From assembly GCA_965237805.1 (NCBI GenBank), contig OZ250153.1:576001-640000 (forward strand): DNA of 64,000 bases, in the 5' to 3' direction. The notes under the pieces were generated by a model. It searched no databases, was not told the DNA's origin, and saw nothing but the letters and a program-made list of their open reading frames with translations. Position numbers and translations under genes: made by a program. Positions 10,058 through 20,501 of this stretch are shown in pieces (position 1 is the first letter of the stretch; each line of letters begins with the position of its first letter). This DNA is from Gammaproteobacteria bacterium. Its GTDB lineage: Bacteria > Pseudomonadota > Gammaproteobacteria > JABABF01.

Positions 10058-11293
10058 AGCTGGCCAGTCATAATCGCTGTAGCTCGTGCGCGTGGGAGGA
10101 ACGCCGCGCCGCCCCTCTGCTACTGTGTCGTCAGCTGACCACAGCTTTTGCTGCTTCAAGTGCTCGGCGTACTTGTGATGATCCGGCTTCCGATCGGAGG
10201 ACTTGTTCGGACGGCTGAGTCCGGCCGCCACCACCGTGACGCGCAACTCGTCGCCCATGCTGTCGTTGAAGACTACCCCGTAGATGTTATCGGCATCTTC
10301 ACCAGCCAAATCCTCGATGCGCTGGCCGATCTCCTGCATCTCACCGGCGGTGAAACTTTCCTGCGTCACCGTAATGTTGTACAAGATGCCGCGCGCATCG
10401 TGCAGATGCGTATCCTCAAGTAGAGGGCTGCTGATGGCACGCTCCACCGCATCGGCGGCGCGCTCTGCCCCCGCAGCTTGGCCAGTGCCCATGATGGTAT
10501 GGCCAGCCTGCGCCATGACGGTGCGGACATCGGCAAAATCGAGATTGATCACCCCCGGTTGGGTGATCAGATCGGCGATGCCGCGCACGGCACCACAAAG
10601 CACATCGTCGGCTTGTTGCATGACATCTTGCATATTGGCATCGTGCCCGAGGATGCTGAGCATGCGCGCATTGGAAATCGCGATCAGCGAGTCCACATGT
10701 TGCTCCAGCACGCTGATCCCCTCCTCGGCGATGCGCTTGTGCTTCTTGCCAGCAAAATCGGTTGGCCGCGTCACCACCGCCACCGTCAGCACCCCCAGCT
10801 CACGAGCGATACGAGCCACCACCGGCGCACCTCCGGTACCGGTGCCGCCACCCATGCCAGCGGCGATGAACAACATATCGGTACCTTTGATCAGCTCGGC
10901 GATCTCCGCGCTACTGGCCTCTGCCGCCTCGCGCCCAATCTGTGGATTGCCACCGGCACCGAGGCCTCGTCCCGTGCTCCCATTGGCGCTGTCCCCATTG
11001 CACCCCAGCAGCAATTTGTGCTCAGCCAGTGAAATGGCCAGTGCTTGGGCATCGGTGTTGGCGCTGATGAACTCGACGCCGCTCATGCCCTGATAGGACA
11101 AATGGTTGACCGCGTTGCCACCGCAGCCGCCGATGCCGATCACCTTGATCACCGCCTGCGGTGCTATCAGTGCCAGATCGGGGACACCACGGGAGATGGG
11201 CACTGGCCTCAGCTCCTGTGACTCTTGGCGTGTGCCCCTGTTCTTGTCTTGCGCACCCTTGCGGGTCTTGCCTGTACTCACGACTTCAAACAT
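10034..11293 (-). CDS. ftsZ: Cell division GTPase (divergent)
   Basis: IKVIGIGGCGGNAV, NTDAQAL, GMGGGTGTG, INLDFADV and C-terminal PAFLRQQAD. Start at MFEV (11293) with AGGAG upstream. Confidence 0.97.
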   Translation of the reverse strand: MFEVVSTGKTRKGAQDKNRGTRQESQELRPVPISRGVPDLALIAPQAVIKVIGIGGCGGNAVNHLSYQGMSGVEFISANTDAQALAISLAEHKLLLGCNGDSANGSTGRGLGAGGNPQIGREAAEASSAEIAELIKGTDMLFIAAGMGGGTGTGGAPVVARIARELGVLTVAVVTRPTDFAGKKHKRIAEEGISVLEQHVDSLIAISNARMLSILGHDANMQDVMQQADDVLCGAVRGIADLITQPGVINLDFADVRTVMAQAGHTIMGTGQAAGAERAADAVERAISSPLLEDTHLHDARGILYNITVTQESFTAGEMQEIGQRIEDLAGEDADNIYGVVFNDSMGDELRVTVVAAGLSRPNKSSDRKPDHHKYAEHLKQQKLWSADDTVAEGRRGVPPTRTSYSDYDWPAFLRQQAD

Positions 11294-11318
11294 CGTTGAT
11301 CTCCTAGTGGTGGACGGT

Positions 11319-12641
11319 CTAGTAGGGGTGGATGCGACGACCGTCTCCAGTCGTTGCAGAGACGGGTAATACGGACTGAAACTGGTTGCGCAAGCCTTGC
11401 ACCCAACGCCCGAACAAACCGGGACGCATCGTCGGCGGCGACGGCAAGTGCTGGATGTAATCGCTGTGACTGCCGTTGAGGCGTCCCATCTCGTAGCGCA
11501 ACAAGCCGACCCCAGTGGCGTAAAGCGGACTGCTAACTGTCTCCTTGAGGCCACTGACATCACGCACTTCACCCAAGCGCGTCGGCATGCCGAAGACCTC
11601 CGCCGCCAGCTCCACCGTGCCGGGCATCAGCGAGCTGCCACCGGTCAATACCACGCCAGCGGGCAGTTGCACCTTGGGCTGATGCTCGCGCAGTTCGGCC
11701 TTGACCAACTCGAATAGTTCTTGGTAGCGGCAACGGATTATCTCCACCAAGGCCTGACGCGCCATCGACCGCGGGGGGCGCGGCGACACGCTGGGCACAT
11801 CGATGGTCTCATCGCCATCGATGAACTCGAGCATAGCAGCACCGTATTTGCGCTTGATCTGCTCCGCTTGAGGGCGCGCGGTCTGCAGGCCGTGGGCGAG
11901 ATCTTTGGTCACATGGTTGCCAGCGATTGGCAACACGGCGGTGTGCCGCACGCAGCCCTCGGTGAAGACTGCGATATCGGTGGTGCCACCGCCGATGTCC
12001 AACAGGCAGACCCCGATGTCGCACTCGTCTTCGGTCAGCACGGCGCAACTGGAAGCCAATTGTTCCAACACATAGTAGTCGGCCCTCAGTTCGCATTTCT
12101 CCAAGCAACGCTCAATGTTCTGCAATTCCGACACACCGCATAACACCAAGTGGGCGCGCGCCTCCAAGCGATGTCCCACCATACCGACCGGGCGCTTGAC
12201 ACGGGTCTCGCTATCAATCTCGAAAAATTCCGGGATCACATGTAGCAGGTGGCGATTCGCCGGTCGGGCGATTGATCCCGCGATGCGCACCGCACGATCC
12301 ATGTCCTCGTCACGGATCTCACCATAGCCATCGGCACTGCCGCTAACCACCGCCATGCCATGCGATTTGACGCTGCTGATATGTGCGCCGGAGATGCCAA
12401 CCACGACATTTTGGATATCACAGTTGGCCATATTCTCTGCCTTGGCCACCGCGTTCTCTATGGAGTGGGTCATGTGGTTGATGTCGATGACCTCGCCACG
12501 CTCCATGCCCTTGGATCGCTCAAGTCCGACACCGATCACTTGTAGCACGCCGTCTTCAGGCACTATCTCAGCAGCGATAGCGGCCACTTTTGAAGTGCCT
12601 ATATCCAAGCTGACGATCAGGTCATTGCTCTCTTTGCTCAT
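11319..12641 (-). CDS. ftsA: Cell division protein FtsA
   Basis: LDIGTSK, DIGGGTTD, VLTGG, YATGVGLL; position in dcw. Confidence 0.96.
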   Translation of the reverse strand: MSKESNDLIVSLDIGTSKVAAIAAEIVPEDGVLQVIGVGLERSKGMERGEVIDINHMTHSIENAVAKAENMANCDIQNVVVGISGAHISSVKSHGMAVVSGSADGYGEIRDEDMDRAVRIAGSIARPANRHLLHVIPEFFEIDSETRVKRPVGMVGHRLEARAHLVLCGVSELQNIERCLEKCELRADYYVLEQLASSCAVLTEDECDIGVCLLDIGGGTTDIAVFTEGCVRHTAVLPIAGNHVTKDLAHGLQTARPQAEQIKRKYGAAMLEFIDGDETIDVPSVSPRPPRSMARQALVEIIRCRYQELFELVKAELREHQPKVQLPAGVVLTGGSSLMPGTVELAAEVFGMPTRLGEVRDVSGLKETVSSPLYATGVGLLRYEMGRLNGSHSDYIQHLPSPPTMRPGLFGRWVQGLRNQFQSVLPVSATTGDGRRIHPY

Positions 12642-13351
12642 CGGTAATTCCTCCTAGGATTGGCGGGGGGATGGCCGACCCAAGCCACAGCCATGGCATT
12701 GGGATAGCGCAGATCCACCCTTTGTAGGGATGACTCCCGCAACGCTGGAACCCAACGGTACAGGAGCAGAAAACGGGATACGGCAGCCTCGAGCTGGTGC
12801 AGGGGTGCAACCAGCTCGACCCCACTGTCCAAGGACAGGCGCCAACAACAGCCACTGTCCAAAGCCAGCTTGCGTAAATCGACACCGGCATCGGAAAAAC
12901 GCGGTGCCAAGCGGCTATAACTGCCAGACAAAGCAGGCAATGCAGTGGCGGGACCGGACAGCAATGGTAGCGACATCGGCACCGGCTCGCGTGACCGGAA
13001 CAGCTCGCCGCCGCTGCCGATGTAATGGTCGTCACCCCAACGCGCCACCGGTCGTCGCTCGCTGATTGTCACCACCAGCTCGCCGGGCCAACGGCGGCGC
13101 AACTGCACATCCCCAACCCAAGGCAACTGCCCTAAGGATCGTCGCAATGCGGGCAGATTGATGCGATGAAAACCGCCGCGCAAATGCGGTGCCAGCACCA
13201 TCCGCACCGTCTGCCACGACAGGTAGTGCAAGTCACCGACCAAATGCAGCTGCCGCACTGGCATCTGCTGCAGATGCCACAGTGCGGCAGCCGACACAAG
13301 CAATACGCTGAACATGATGGCGAGCGACGACCACTGCATGCGAACTGTCAC
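12638..13351 (-). CDS. ftsQ: Cell division protein FtsQ/DivIB
   Basis: Single N-terminal TM, LPWV..V..RRRWPG POTRA signature, VDLRY.N. Confidence 0.9.
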   Translation of the reverse strand: MTVRMQWSSLAIMFSVLLVSAAALWHLQQMPVRQLHLVGDLHYLSWQTVRMVLAPHLRGGFHRINLPALRRSLGQLPWVGDVQLRRRWPGELVVTISERRPVARWGDDHYIGSGGELFRSREPVPMSLPLLSGPATALPALSGSYSRLAPRFSDAGVDLRKLALDSGCCWRLSLDSGVELVAPLHQLEAAVSRFLLLYRWVPALRESSLQRVDLRYPNAMAVAWVGHPPANPRRNYR

Positions 13352-14283
13352 CGCCCCGCTCCCCGACCTGCGGTCGCCAACACCGACAGCACCAGCTGAT
13401 CGAAGTCAATGCCGCTATTGCGGGCCGCTAGTGGCAACAGGCTGTGCTCAGTCATGCCGGGCACCGTATTGACTTCCAGCAACAAAAAGCCCCGACCGGG
13501 ATCCTCGCGCAACAGGTCGACACGCCCCCAGCCCGAACAACCCAAGGCTTCAAAAGCGGCCAAGCCCAGCGCTTGGGCAGCACTTTCTTGGCTCGCGGAC
13601 AGGCCACTGGGGCAGTGCAGCTCGGTGGATTGATCGCGATACTTGGCATCAAAGTCGTAGCACTGGGCATCGTGAACTATCCGCACCACCGGCAACGCTC
13701 TCTCGCCGATGATCCCAACGGTGTACTCGCCACCGCGCACCCATTCTTCGGCTAATACCACCGCGCTGTAACGATGCGCCTCGCACCAAGCCCGCTCCAT
13801 CTCCTCGGCACTCTCCACACCCCGCACGCCGATACTGGAGCCGCAATCGCTGGGCTTGACCACCGCCGAGCCGCTGAACCGCTCCAGCAGCTGCCCCCAA
13901 TCGCTGCCCTCACGCAACAATTCGCCATCTGGCACCAGCATCCCCAAGCCGCTCCACAACCATTTGCTGCGCCACTTGTCCATCGCCAGCGCCGCGCCCA
14001 GCACTCCGCTACCGGTATAGGGGATGGCGACACTTTCCAGCGCCCCCTGCAGTGCACCATTTTCTCCATCACCGCCATGCAGAGCGATGAAAGCCTGCTC
14101 ATAGCCCGCCGCTGACAGCTGGGAGAGCAGCTCGGCACCATCGTCGATCTGTGCCGGATCGACGCACTGTGCGTCTCGGCCGACACGGCGCAGAGCTTCT
14201 AATACCGCCTCACCACTAGCCAAAGAGATCGCACGCTCAGGCGAATCGCCACCGGACAACACGGCCACCCTACCCCCGCTCAC
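13348..14283 (-). CDS. ddl: D-alanine--D-alanine ligase
   Basis: GG.SPER.ISL.SG, LHGGDGENG, YDFDAKY, EVNTVPGMT. Start GTG 14283 or ATG 14307. Confidence 0.95.
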   Translation of the reverse strand: MSGGRVAVLSGGDSPERAISLASGEAVLEALRRVGRDAQCVDPAQIDDGAELLSQLSAAGYEQAFIALHGGDGENGALQGALESVAIPYTGSGVLGAALAMDKWRSKWLWSGLGMLVPDGELLREGSDWGQLLERFSGSAVVKPSDCGSSIGVRGVESAEEMERAWCEAHRYSAVVLAEEWVRGGEYTVGIIGERALPVVRIVHDAQCYDFDAKYRDQSTELHCPSGLSASQESAAQALGLAAFEALGCSGWGRVDLLREDPGRGFLLLEVNTVPGMTEHSLLPLAARNSGIDFDQLVLSVLATAGRGAGR

Positions 14284-15722
14284 GCCCGCCTCCCGTCGGC
14301 CAACCATGCGGCCAGCTCGGACGACACCTCGACGATATTGCCAGCACCTTGGGTCAGCACAATGTCGCCGGGGCGCAGCAGATCTGGCACCACCCGCAAC
14401 ACCGCCTCGCGGTCGGGCGCGAAGATCGGGTCGACGCGGGCACGTCTGCGCAGACTACCGCACAGGCTGCGCCCATCGATGCCGGGATTAGCTGCCTCAC
14501 CAGCCGCGTAGATCTCCATCAGCACCAAGGCGTCAACCTGAGAGAGTACCTCGACAAAATCGTCGTACAAGTCGCGGGTTCGGCTGTGCCGGTGGGGCTG
14601 GAAGACCATCAACAGGCGCCGTTCTGGCCAGATCTCGCGAATCGCCTGCACGGTGACTGCGACCTCGGTCGGGTGGTGCCCATAGTCGTCAATTAGACTG
14701 ACCTCACCCCCCGCCACTGCAAAATTACCCAGCAGCTGGAAGCGCCGCTGTACACCTTGAAAACTCTCGACACCGGTACGCAGGGCTTCATCCGACACCC
14801 CCTCGGCACTGCCCACCGCCACCGCCGCCGCCACATTGCAAGCATTGTGTCGTCCCGGCAATGGCACACGCAGCGACAGTGGCTCAGCTTCCGGGCGGCA
14901 CACTGAAAAACGGCTACCGATGCCATCGACCTGGAAATCGACGACGCGGAAGTCGGCCTCTTCGGCGAAGCCGTAGCTGAGTTGCGGCCTGGCGATCTGC
15001 GAACGCAGTGCGGAGATCACTGGATCATCTGCGCACAGCACGACCAAGCCATAAAAAGGCAGGTTGTGAATGAATTCCAAATAGCTGCGTTGCATCTCAT
15101 CGAAATCGTTGCCGTAGCTGCCCATGTGATCGGGCTCAATGTTGGTGACCACCCCGACCATCGGCAACAGATGTAGGAAAGAGACATCGCTCTCATCCGC
15201 TTCGGCGACCAAATAATCACCGCGACCGAGCTGGGCAGTCGCGCCGAGGCTGTTGATGACGCCGCCGACAACAAAAGTCGGGTCGAGCCCGCCCTCAGCC
15301 AGCACAGCAGCGACCAAGCTGGTCGTGGTCGTCTTGCCATGGGTCCCGGCGATGGCTACCGAATAGCGAAAACGCATCAGCTCGGCCAGCATCTGAGCCC
15401 GCGGCACCACCGGCACCCGCCGCTCTACGGCGGCGGTCAACTCAGGATTGTCCGCACCGATCGCACTCGAACGCACCACGACATCGGCTCCTGCGATGTA
15501 CTCGGGAGCATGGCCGCAATACACGACCGCTCCGAGCGAGACCAAGCGGCGTACCGTATCACTATCGACCAGATCCGAACCACTGACCTCGTAGCCTTGG
15601 TTCAACAACACCTCGGCGATGCCGCACATGCCAGCACCCCCGATGCCGATCAGATGCACTTTGCGCACCCGCCCCATCGCTTTGCGCGCCAAGCCCACCG
15701 TCTCCCGCCCCGTGTCATCCAT
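14280..15722 (-). CDS. murC: UDP-N-acetylmuramate--L-alanine ligase
   Basis: GIGGAGMCGIA, GTHGKTTTT, EADESD, DDYGHHPTE. Confidence 0.97.
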   Translation of the reverse strand: MDDTGRETVGLARKAMGRVRKVHLIGIGGAGMCGIAEVLLNQGYEVSGSDLVDSDTVRRLVSLGAVVYCGHAPEYIAGADVVVRSSAIGADNPELTAAVERRVPVVPRAQMLAELMRFRYSVAIAGTHGKTTTTSLVAAVLAEGGLDPTFVVGGVINSLGATAQLGRGDYLVAEADESDVSFLHLLPMVGVVTNIEPDHMGSYGNDFDEMQRSYLEFIHNLPFYGLVVLCADDPVISALRSQIARPQLSYGFAEEADFRVVDFQVDGIGSRFSVCRPEAEPLSLRVPLPGRHNACNVAAAVAVGSAEGVSDEALRTGVESFQGVQRRFQLLGNFAVAGGEVSLIDDYGHHPTEVAVTVQAIREIWPERRLLMVFQPHRHSRTRDLYDDFVEVLSQVDALVLMEIYAAGEAANPGIDGRSLCGSLRRRARVDPIFAPDREAVLRVVPDLLRPGDIVLTQGAGNIVEVSSELAAWLADGRRA

Positions 15723-16806
15723 GTATCACCGCCTCACATTGCTCGGCGACGCGGGATGCCGCATCGGGCACCGCCATACGGTGTGCCGCCTCTGCCATCG
15801 CCAGCAAGGCATCATCGTCCCGCAACAGAGTGCACAGGCGTTGCGACAACAGCTCCGCCGAGCGCAATTCCGGCTCTGGCAAGCATTGCGCGGCACCGGC
15901 ATCGGCAAAGAAGCGTGCATTCAGCGCTTGGTGATCCCCGGCGGAACGTACTAAGGGGACCAACAGCGCACCTAAGCCGATCGCCGCCAGCTCCGCCAGC
16001 GTCAGTGCTCCCGCACGACACAGGGCCAAATCGGCCCATTGATAGGCCGCTGCCATATCGTCGATAAAGGGGCGAACCTCCACCTCCAAGCGCTGACTGT
16101 CGTAGGCTTGGCGCAGCTCTCGCTCGTCCTTGGCGCCGCATTGATGTAGCACTTGGGGACGGGCAGCTGGCGGCATCAGTGCCAAGGCTGACGGTAACGC
16201 AGCGTTCAGTGCAGCGGCCCCTTGGCTGCCGCCGAGCACCAAGAGCCGAGGTCGGGAACCACCGGCTCGCGAACTGCGATGCGACCAGCGCTCGACCGGG
16301 GATGGCCGCCCGCAGAAGCTCGCACGCACGGGATTGCCGGTGTAGATCCGATCGCCACTGGCCATGGTGGGAAAACCTTCCAGACATCGCACCGCCAATG
16401 GTGCCAGCAAGCGGTTGGTCAATGAGGGGACGGCATTCTGCTCGTGTAGTAGCAACGGACAGCGGCATAGCCACGCGGCGAGGCCGCCCGGACCACTGGC
16501 ATAGCCGCCCATACCCAGTACACAACGCGGCCGCAGCCTCCGGATCAACCGCCACACCCGGAATACGGCAGCGCTCAGCTGCGGCGAGGCCAGCATCCAA
16601 GTCATACGTCCCCGACCGCGTAGCCCGGACACTGGCACCGTCTCCAGCGGAATGCCCGCCTGCGGCACGACGCGCCCTTCCAAGGCTTGACCAGCACCGA
16701 GCCAGTGGGTACCGAAGCCGCGGCGCGCCAACTGCTCGGCCACCGCCAAGGCCGGAAACACATGGCCACCAGTTCCCCCCGCCATGATCAGCACTGTGGC
16801 CGTCAT
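15715..16806 (-). CDS. murG: Undecaprenyl-PP-MurNAc-pentapeptide GlcNAc transferase
   Basis: MAGGTGGHVFP, HEQN, GNPVR, GGSQGA, HQ..NA. Confidence 0.97.
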   Translation of the reverse strand: MTATVLIMAGGTGGHVFPALAVAEQLARRGFGTHWLGAGQALEGRVVPQAGIPLETVPVSGLRGRGRMTWMLASPQLSAAVFRVWRLIRRLRPRCVLGMGGYASGPGGLAAWLCRCPLLLHEQNAVPSLTNRLLAPLAVRCLEGFPTMASGDRIYTGNPVRASFCGRPSPVERWSHRSSRAGGSRPRLLVLGGSQGAAALNAALPSALALMPPAARPQVLHQCGAKDERELRQAYDSQRLEVEVRPFIDDMAAAYQWADLALCRAGALTLAELAAIGLGALLVPLVRSAGDHQALNARFFADAGAAQCLPEPELRSAELLSQRLCTLLRDDDALLAMAEAAHRMAVPDAASRVAEQCEAVIHG

Positions 16807-18014
16807 GGCAAAGGACGCCGTCGGGTATTGAGCGGGGCAACGGCACCCGACAATTCGGCCTCAATGCGCAGCGCGATACCGATCATCATGCAGCTGACAA
16901 CCAAGCTGCTGCCGCCGTAACTGATAAAAGGCAATGTGAGCCCCTTGGTCGGCAACAGACCGGCCGTCATGCCGATGTTGACAAAAGACTGCACCGCAAA
17001 TAGGATGCCGGCACCATAACAGAAGCAAGCCGCAAAATCCCGCCCGATGCGCTCGGCATGCCGGGCCACCACAAAGAGACGCGCTACCAATAGGGACAAC
17101 AGACAAATCAACACCACCACCCCGACCCAACCCAATTCCTCAGCCAGCACCGCGAAGATGAAATCGGTGTGCGACTCGGGCAGGAAAAACTGCTTCTGTA
17201 TGCCGTGCCCCAAGCCAAGACCAAACCATTCGCCACGACCATAGGCGATCAGGGACTGGATCAGCTGGTAGCCGCCATTGAGCGGGTCCGCCCAAGGGTC
17301 GAGAAAAGATTGCAGGCGCCGCAGGCGATAGGGGGAGGCGATGGCCAGCGTGGCGCAGGCACCGCCCGCCACGATACAGAGCAAGATGAAATTGGACAAC
17401 CGAACCCCGGTCAAAAATAACACCCCCAACGCCGTGATGGCGATGACAGCGGCGGTGCCGAGATCGGGCTCGCTCAGCAACAAGGCCATCAGCGCACCCA
17501 GCAACAACAGCAAGCCGAACAGCGCACGGTGGCCAGAGCACAGGTTCTGACGATGCTTGACGATATAGGTGGCAAGGTAGCAAATAAAGCACAGCTTGCT
17601 CAGCTCTGAGGGCTGCAAGCTCAACATGCCAAAGCTCAGCCAGCGGCGACTACCGTTGACTTCGTGGCCGATGTCCGGCACCAACACCAGCACCAACAAG
17701 GCGCAGGCGCCGAGCATCAATAGCAGTGCCCCCCCGCGCTCCCAAAAGCTGGTCGGCACCAACGCCAAAAATAAAGCGGCGCAGATGCCCACGCCAGCAT
17801 AGCTCAGATGACGCCGCAGGAAATACCAAGAGTCACCGTAATGCTCAGTGGCATACTCGATGGAGGCAGAGCCCACCATGACGCTACCGACACAGAGCAA
17901 CGCCAGCACCAGCAACACCAGCGTCTCATCACCCATGGACAGCACATGACGCCAAGGCGCGACTTGCCGCTGGATGCTGTGGCGCTCATCTTCCCGCTCC
18001 GACAAAGAATGCAT
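16803..18014 (-). CDS. ftsW: Peptidoglycan glycosyltransferase FtsW
   Basis: NGSRRW, QPSE..K, PESHTDFIF, PTKGLTLPFISYGGSS. ATG 18014 follows a GGGAGG SD. Confidence 0.95.
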   Translation of the reverse strand: MHSLSEREDERHSIQRQVAPWRHVLSMGDETLVLLVLALLCVGSVMVGSASIEYATEHYGDSWYFLRRHLSYAGVGICAALFLALVPTSFWERGGALLLMLGACALLVLVLVPDIGHEVNGSRRWLSFGMLSLQPSELSKLCFICYLATYIVKHRQNLCSGHRALFGLLLLLGALMALLLSEPDLGTAAVIAITALGVLFLTGVRLSNFILLCIVAGGACATLAIASPYRLRRLQSFLDPWADPLNGGYQLIQSLIAYGRGEWFGLGLGHGIQKQFFLPESHTDFIFAVLAEELGWVGVVVLICLLSLLVARLFVVARHAERIGRDFAACFCYGAGILFAVQSFVNIGMTAGLLPTKGLTLPFISYGGSSLVVSCMMIGIALRIEAELSGAVAPLNTRRRPLP

Positions 18015-18025
18015 CCCCCCTCCCG

Positions 18026-19111
18026 CTAGCGCAGTTTCAAGGTGGCGAGGCCGATCAAGACCAGCATGACTGTGATGATCCAAAAGCGCACGATCACGCG
18101 CGGCTCCGGCCATCCTTTCAATTCGAAATGGTGGTGTATCGGTGCCATCATGAAGACGCGGCGACCGGTGAGCTTGAACGAAGCCACCTGCACAATCACC
18201 GACACCGTCTCCAGCACGAAAATGCCAGACATCAACAAGAAGACGATCTCATGCCTAGTGATGATGGCCAAGGTGCCGAGCGCGGCACCGAGAGCCAACG
18301 CACCGACATCGCCCATGAAGATTTGCGCCGGGTAGGTGTTGAACCACAAAAAGCCGAGCCCGCCACCGCCCAAGGCAGCACAGAAAATCGCCAGCTCTCC
18401 GCTGTTGGGGACATAGGGGATGTACAGGTAGCTTGAGAAGCCGACATGCCCCACCAAATAGGCGATGATGCCGAGGGCACCAGCGATCATGACCACTGGC
18501 ATGATCGCCAAGCCGTCTAAACCGTCGGTGAGATTGACCGCATTGCTACTGCCGACGATCACGAAGTAGCTGAGCAAAAAATAGCCCACCACACCGATAT
18601 CCAGCATCACATCCTTGAAGAAAGGTATCAGCAGCTGGGTATGCTCTGGTGCTGTGGCCAAGTGGTGGAGCGCAGCAGCGGCCACGATGCCCGCCACCGA
18701 CTGCCACAGAAATTTAACGCGTGCGCTGATCCCGGTGGCATTGGGACGCGTCACTTTGTAGTAATCGTCAAACCAGCCGATACAGCCAAACGCCAAGGTC
18801 ACGGACATCACCAGCCACAGGTGGCGGTTGGACAGATCTCCCCACAGCAATACGCTACCGAACACGACCGCCAAGATCAACACCCCACCCATAGTCGGCG
18901 TGCCACTCTTTTTCTGATGGCTCTGTGGCCCCAGCGCACGCACCGACTGGGAGATGCGCTGCGCCGCATGCCGCCGCACCAGCCGCGGGCCGAGCCACAA
19001 AGAAAGCGCAAAAGCGGTGAGGGCGCTGAAGATGGCGCGCACACTCAGATACTGCACAACGTGCATGAAGCCCAAAGACTGCTCCAGATAATGCGCCAGC
19101 TGCAGCAACAT
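18026..19111 (-). CDS. mraY: Phospho-N-acetylmuramoyl-pentapeptide transferase
   Basis: [34 protein letters not shown]. Confidence 0.97.
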   Translation of the reverse strand: MLLQLAHYLEQSLGFMHVVQYLSVRAIFSALTAFALSLWLGPRLVRRHAAQRISQSVRALGPQSHQKKSGTPTMGGVLILAVVFGSVLLWGDLSNRHLWLVMSVTLAFGCIGWFDDYYKVTRPNATGISARVKFLWQSVAGIVAAAALHHLATAPEHTQLLIPFFKDVMLDIGVVGYFLLSYFVIVGSSNAVNLTDGLDGLAIMPVVMIAGALGIIAYLVGHVGFSSYLYIPYVPNSGELAIFCAALGGGGLGFLWFNTYPAQIFMGDVGALALGAALGTLAIITRHEIVFLLMSGIFVLETVSVIVQVASFKLTGRRVFMMAPIHHHFELKGWPEPRVIVRFWIITVMLVLIGLATLKLR

Positions 19112-19112
19112 A

Positions 19113-20501
19113 TCAGTGCACCTCCGCTGCGGCGGCCACCGATTGGGGACGCTGCCCCACCAACTGATCGACCACCGCCTCCATAGCGGCAATGCGCGAG
19201 CCCTTGACTAAGATCGAAGCGCTGTCAGCAGCCAATTCTGGCAGCGCAGCCAACAGCTCTGGCACGGTATCGAAATGCTTCCCGGTCGGGCCAAAACCGG
19301 CGGCGGCAGCGGCGGCGCCAGCACCGCAACAGAGCAGTAGATCGATCCCTGCACGCCGCGCCGCGATGCCGACATCCCGATGCCAATCGGCACTGTCACC
19401 GCCCAACTCGGCCATCTGTCCCAGCAACAGCAAACGCGGCCCCGGGCAATTCGCCAACACCTCGATCATGGCGTGCACCGCCCCCGGATTGGCGTTGTAG
19501 CTGTCATCGATGACGAGCGGGTCGGTCTTGCGCACCACCTGCATCCGACCCGGCAACGGGCGCATCGCCTCGAGACCGGCACGTATATCCACCAAAGATC
19601 TCCCCACAGTGTGGGCGGCGGCGGCAGCGGCCGCCGCCAACAGAGCGCTGTGTAGACCCGGCAACTGCAACTGTACCGGGCATTCCCCCAGCACCGAGCG
19701 CAGCCGGAAGGAGATGCCACTGGCGGCCGCTGGACGCGGCTCTAAGATGCGGAAATCGGCCTGCTCGGAGCTGCCAAAACTGAGCTGCGCTGCGCCTTGG
19801 GCAGCGACGCGATCAGCCCAACGCGAAAAGGCCGGGTCATCCCGATTGAGCACGGCGCAACAGCGCTCGTCGAGCTGATCCAACAGCTCTCCCTTGCCCT
19901 GCACGACACCGTCCATATCGCCAAAGCCCTCCAGATGTGCCGGCAGGGCATTGGTAATCACCGCCACATCTGGCCGCGCCAGCTCGGCCAGCGCATTGAC
20001 CTCTCCCAATGCTGAAGCGCCGATCTCCACCACTGCCGCACGATGTTCAGCAGACAGCGCCAACAAAGTCAACGGTACCCCGATGTGGTTGTTGAAGCTG
20101 CGCTCGGGTAGCGCCACCGCTCCACCACACTCGAGGATATGCGCGATCATGCGAGTGCAACTGGTCTTGCCCGCGCTACCGGTCACCGCAACCAGTGGTG
20201 CTGGAAAGCGGCTGCGATTCAAAGCGCCGAGGCGAGCCAAAGCCGCAGTGGTATCGGCCACCTGCACGCAGGGCAATGATGCCGCCACCGAACGGCTGAC
20301 CAGAGCGCCGACAGCACCGGCGTCAGCCGCCGCAGCCAGATAATTGTGACCGTCGCCACGGCTGCCCGGTAGCGCCACAAACAGTGCTTGATCGGGCAGC
20401 TCTGCGCTGTGCGTGCCCACGGCCATGAATGAGGCGTCGCGCCCGCTCAGCGTGCCGCCCAACAGCTGTGCTGCCTCGCTCAGGGAAATCGCTGTCATCA
20501 C
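19113..20501 (-). CDS. murF: UDP-MurNAc-tripeptide--D-Ala-D-Ala ligase
   Basis: [35 protein letters not shown]. Confidence 0.95.
   Translation of the reverse strand: MMTAISLSEAAQLLGGTLSGRDASFMAVGTHSAELPDQALFVALPGSRGDGHNYLAAAADAGAVGALVSRSVAASLPCVQVADTTAALARLGALNRSRFPAPLVAVTGSAGKTSCTRMIAHILECGGAVALPERSFNNHIGVPLTLLALSAEHRAAVVEIGASALGEVNALAELARPDVAVITNALPAHLEGFGDMDGVVQGKGELLDQLDERCCAVLNRDDPAFSRWADRVAAQGAAQLSFGSSEQADFRILEPRPAAASGISFRLRSVLGECPVQLQLPGLHSALLAAAAAAAAHTVGRSLVDIRAGLEAMRPLPGRMQVVRKTDPLVIDDSYNANPGAVHAMIEVLANCPGPRLLLLGQMAELGGDSADWHRDVGIAARRAGIDLLLCCGAGAAAAAAGFGPTGKHFDTVPELLAALPELAADSASILVKGSRIAAMEAVVDQLVGQRPQSVAAAAEVH

Noticed and set aside
11294-11572. Extended N-termini in the ORF track (ftsZ, coaE, murF, mraY, rpsI, ibpA, yraN, GT2 paralog A)
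   Set aside because: The extensions overlap upstream genes or regulatory elements; homology and SD positions support the shorter starts.
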